Part shown: positions 58,326 through 64,000 of the stretch, piece by piece
How the letters are laid out: each line of letters begins with the position of its first letter
How positions within the stretch are numbered: position 1 is the first letter of the stretch
DNA from: Eledone cirrhosa
Taxonomy: Eukaryota
Assembly: GCA_964016885.1 (NCBI GenBank)
Contig: OZ024753.1
Span: forward strand, 21,824,001 to 21,888,000
Reading direction: 5' to 3'
DNA: 64,000 bases
Notes under the pieces: model-generated
The model's database searches: none
What the model saw: the letters and a program-made list of their open reading frames with translations, nothing else
Told to the model about the DNA's origin: nothing
Position numbers and translations under genes: made by a program

Positions 58326-60763
58326 ATGCTAATCAAAGACCAACTCCCCATGTCAACCAAGAACATACCAATACCATCCAAGAATACATATGAGAAATTG
58401 CTGATCAACAGTGTAAATTAATTTATCAATAGAGTGAGAGGGAGGACATTCCATTATGATAGAAACAGATCTAACAATGTTAATAATACTAACAAATTTG
58501 ACTCCTTCGGCTTTAAAACCTTTAAAAGCCCCCCTCATAACACACTACTTAACTCCTTTGAAAATGACCTAGTAAAACTAGTTAAGAACATTAAATACAA
58601 TAAGCACCATAATAGAAGCAACACCTTCTTAAACAAACTTAACACCGCTATTAATGAATTCAAAACTAGTAATAAAATTATTGTACACGCAGATAAAACT
58701 AATAACATATACAGCCTAGATTATAATACTTATAGAAAGTTTATATATAATGAACTACATAAAAGCTACAAGAAAACTACTTTGAAAAACTTAGAGGATA
58801 TTAATATAGAGGGATATAATATAGTGTCTAAACTAGGACTTCAGAGGCATACACAATCATACACCCCCCCCCTAGATTCTCTCTGAAGGATCATAAGGAG
58901 GACTTCATTAGCAACCCCTCGATTATACTTATCTGCCCTTCCAAGTCCGACATTGGTATTATCAGCAAGAAAATTTTAGATAAAATCATCCCACAAATTA
59001 AACACAACATACACCTTAAACAATGGGGAAATACGGGTGAAGTTATTGAATGGTTCAAAGATATCAAGAATAATAAGGACAGAAAATTAATTCAATTTGA
59101 TATCAATTCATACTACACCTCTATTTCCCCTATCCTATTAAATAAGACACTAATCATGGCCATGAACAATAGCGACCTGACTAGAGCCCAGATTGATGTC
59201 ATCCTTGCGGCCCGTAAAACCATAATCACCTTCGAGGACCAACTATGGACCCGCAAGGATACGCACAACAACTTCGACATAACCATGGGATCTAGTGACT
59301 CGGCGCAGGTCACTGATTTGGTCGGCCTATACCTACTTAATGAAATCCATAAGGACCTCCCTTACCTCAACGGTGGTTTGTACCGCGATGATGCACTTCT
59401 ACTTATAGAATATAATAAATTCAATATAGAAAGAACTAGAAAACTATTGCACAAGACATTCAAAGACTTTAACCTTAGTATCACCATGGACAAAAACACT
59501 AAAAATGTTAACTTCCTAGACGCCACACTATACCTAGACTCAAAAATATATATACCTTTCCATAAGCCCAACGAAAAACTCATTTACGTGGATACCAAGT
59601 CTAATCACCCTCGATCAATATTAAACTCTATCTCTAAGGGGGTATCCAATAGAATCTCTAATCTATCCTATGACGCAAACATATTTAGCAAAAACTCACA
59701 ATATTATAATCAAACATTAGCTAGATCCGGCCATAATATAGAGATTGAGTTCCTACCTAAGAAAACGCATAGCTACAACATCATTTCCCACAATATGTCC
59801 ATGAGGAAACCTAATAATATGAATAGCAACCACACGTACACTAAAGCGGAGGGTGCCACCAGAAGTAACCATTACCACGGAAACTACCGTAGTACCTTAG
59901 GAAGAAACAACACACCAGACACTAAAAACAAAAATAGAAGAAATAATACATTTTTCAACCCTCCTTTCAACCTAAATGTCTCCACCAACATACCTAGGGC
60001 TTTCTTCTCATTACTAGATAAAAACTTCCCTCTAGGGCACAAGTACCATAACCTTTTAAACAAAAACACTATTAAAATCTCATACTCTACGACGCCTAAC
60101 TTAGCATACCACATAGCTAGCAGCAATAAAAGTAAAATAAATTCTTACTTCCAACAAACGAAATCACAACAGGAGGTAAACCTTCTAAATACCTCTGTAG
60201 CAAACAACCATAGTAACGGCAGTAATAATAGAAATACCACTAGTATAAGAAATAACACCGGAGTCGACAACCCGAATGTCCAAAATCCTATAGCTACCAC
60301 CCGGACTTCTGCACTGCATTATAACCAGCAGACTAACACACAGGATAGTTGTAACTGTAGAGATAATAGAACTTGCCCTTTAGATAAAAAATGCCTAACC
60401 AAGGATATCATATACTCATGCACCGTCACAACTAGCAACTCTTCAGAAACCTATGTAGGCTTCAAAATCAGATATAATTCGCACATCCACTCGTTCAAAA
60501 AGCACAGTCTAGCCAACTCCACCTCACTATCTAGCTACATACACTATCTAAAAACTAAAAATAAACCTTACACACTCAAATGGGAAGTAATAGGTAGCGC
60601 GACTTCGTACAAACCACCTAATAAATTTTGTAACCTCTGTATACTAGAGACCCACAATATTATCTTCTCTAACCGTAACCTACTTAACAAAACATCTGAA
60701 GTGTTTGCAACTTGCCAGCACCGCTTCAGACATTCCTTCCAAAACTTTAAGCCCAATATATAG
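58326..60763 (+). pseudogene. PLE RT plus GIY-YIG, full span, with TAA at 58419, poly-C frameshift near 58865 and 15 bp EN deletion
   Basis: MSTKNIPIPS, ADKT, LKDHK, QFDINSYYTSI, FDITMG, GGLYRDD, SNHP, CNCR..CPL..C, IIYSC..YVG, CNLC, CQH. Confidence 0.9.
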
Positions 60764-62192
60764 CAATGTCGGACTTGAACCAAACACCACCTCTAGCATC
60801 AAACATAAGGGGCACACCTTATACCACATACCCAACACTCATTGATCTAATATAACACAAATCGCGACATCCCTCTAGAACCCTTCACAGGGGGAATACC
60901 CCTTTGTACCTCTACTTTAGGTGTGACAACATCCACTTGCTTGAACTGCACTACACCACTTTATAGTTAATTTAAGCATTGAATTGATTGTCTTGTTGGT
61001 GCTGTGCGGAGGAAGTGCCATCGTTGGACAAATGAAAAACTAATTAATCTAGTAACGCTGATGAGCTGTATGACCGGTACGCTGGGTGCAGTGAATGAAT
61101 GTATTGCAAGTGGCGTATGGGTTGTACATATGTGTATGATTTGATGGTCAGTTTGGAGTCATGAGGACTGTGGATTGACCTCTGGTCGGCCCTGGTGATG
61201 ATTATCTTTCGACATCCAATGTGGCAGGCACTGACCCGGAACTTACCAGGGATCATTGTGTGTTGAAGTGATTCTGCAATCACCTTGCTTGGTTCCTTGA
61301 GTAGACTGCAACCACAGAGATCATTAATTTAGAATTCTCGCTCGTCGTGTATAATATTCATTTGTGGCACTCTACGACGGGGGTTAATCACCATAATAAG
61401 AACACCTTCAGCACAACTTAATAGACTACTCTATAGTTTAAATTTTTAGAAATTTTTTAGAATTGGCGCATAACCATATAAGTTAGGGTCTATTTTGAGA
61501 CACAATTTAATAGTTAGTAATAGAAACCAATGAGTTACCTCCCCTCATGCATTAACCCCCCTTAGCCACACACACACTTCCGGGTAGTATTTCGATGTCG
61601 ATTCTCGCAACGTAACATCCTCCTGTATTGAGCCAAAGAACATCAGAATACGATTCTCTAACTGGATTGTCAAACGCCCAATATCGAATCGTCGTGGATT
61701 ATGTGGGGGGGGGGGCGTATAATCTGAAAAATACGCTCCCCAGACTATGAAAATGTCGCAGTGCATGAAACCCATATCATCGCTTCGCTACGCATTTCCA
61801 ATATTTTTAATGCTTACACTATTTTTAATACTTATATTATTTCTCCACACACAGACTATAACAATCATATAAAGAATTCATCACCAGATCAACAACCTTA
61901 ACACTCTCGATTACCTGCTTAAGTGCTTCTACTACACGTAACCCTCTGCCACACTATATAAACAAGACGCACGTGCTTGCCACACATATAACGTTTGCAC
62001 TATATAACCGCTTAATTTCATGTTGTATTTTAACCTGTATTTTTGATTGTATCTTTTAATATGAATGTAATCTCTAAGTGTGTACTGCCACTCTAAATGT
62101 TATAATGAATGTTGACCCACAATATTTGCATATGTATCTGTATGTCCCCTGGGTGAAAAGGAGGTCATATAAGTGTTCATTCAATAATAAAT

Positions 62193-62239
62193 TGCTCCGA
62201 AGAATCCAAACCTCGGTTTGGAGGAAACAGTTGTAAGCA
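62193..62239 (+). ncRNA. hammerhead-like motif with CCGAAGA core (copies 55834-55880 -, 23682-23729 -, 24266-24312 +)
   Basis: TGCT-CCGAAGA-ATCCAAAC-CTCG-GTTTGGAG-GAAA-CAGTTG-TA-AGCA. Confidence 0.7.
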
Positions 62240-62274
62240 TAAAAATGTTTTGAACAGTTCTTTGATTATTATAA

Positions 62275-63308
<1,034 letters not shown>

Positions 63309-64000
63309 TATATATATATATATAATATAAACCCATCCACCCATACAAATATATTTATTTATTGTATATTTAAATATTTGAGTATCATCTCCTTTATTCC
63401 TTCTGTAAACATCTATTTATCACATTCTCATTTATTTCCACCTCACCTTTCTCTTCTTCTTGCTTTCATTGTTTGGCTTCCCTTTCCTTTTCAAATAGAA
63501 TTCTGTGATTATTATTTTTTATTGAAAAATGTTAGCTGTTTCTCATCTAAATTTAAACCATGCTATCTTCTACCATAAATAAGACGTTCAACTTTGATGT
63601 TATTCAGGGGAATAACTTTAAAAATAGATTTCCGAGTCCTTTTTAATGACAATATCTATTGTACAGTCGGAATAATAATATCCTCTCTAATTTCATGAAA
63701 ATATTCTTTTATCATTATGTTAAAGTACACATTTAAAGAGGTTTTTAGTTCTTTTGAAATACGAGATGATGTCTTATGTAAGGACACTAAAGTTGTATAT
63801 TTTCCAAGACTTTTATTCTGTGACATCATAACATTGAAAACTATCTTTAAATGATTTTTAATCTCCGAATGTTTTATTGCATGTCTTCTAAATGTCTTTT
63901 AACATCACACACACAAGGAGTGTCTCATCTCTGATAAAAGGAATAAAACTAAATTAGAAATGTCTTCATAGGAATATTGCCAGTGGGTTTCTATGCACTA

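Larger units (their letters stand above)
55626..62280 (+). mobile_element. near full-length Penelope-like element N (YRDD type, Naiad-like) with 2.4 kb inverted arm
   Basis: 55626-58078 (-) mirrors about 60012-62280 plus ~165 nt tail; second tail copy 58082-58238 (-); tail end 58239-58281 (+) precedes the ORF; (TA)n on both sides. Confidence 0.93.

Noticed and set aside
58863-58872. Programmed frameshift at the poly-C run in element N
   Set aside because: It falls inside a normally continuous RT N-terminal region; a homopolymer indel or sequencing error is more likely.
61052-61100. CTGATGA followed by a hairpin in the N 3' UTR (second HHR or SECIS)
   Set aside because: Followed by GAAT with no stem I or III partner; lacks the SECIS apical AA and a regular helix.
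61190-61240. C/D box snoRNA-like TGATGA...CTGA
   Set aside because: Too short, and the D box is ATGA in the other arm.

Overview
AT-rich, microsatellite-dense eukaryotic DNA with no confidently identifiable host gene. The SINE and microsatellite content suggests an invertebrate, probably an octopus (inference). The window is dominated by Penelope-like retroelements (PLEs: RT plus GIY-YIG endonuclease) of at least four lineages. It also holds about ten short non-coding relatives. Nearly all of these elements carry a type I hammerhead ribozyme (HHR) near the 3' end and sit inside (TA)n microsatellites. The main pattern is a shared insertion architecture. Two inverted arms each end in (TA)n; one arm carries a 60-170 nt 3' tail and the other stops at an internal TA. 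In several elements the tail-less arm runs across the unit 3'-to-5' junction into the tail, as expected from twin-primed reverse transcription of a circular or tandem HHR-containing RNA (retrozyme-like). Several families have non-canonical HHR cores (U3-A8, U4C, CNGUUGA) and family-specific palindromic stem III. One PLE has two ORFs joined by a T TTT TTA -1 slippery site. Also present are tRNA-derived SINEs, a Tx1/L1-like LINE in a (GATA)n site, RTE fragments, mariner, Tigger, hAT and Helitron-type non-autonomous elements, and minisatellites. All coordinates and structures were read by eye; clade names come from motif recognition, not database searches.
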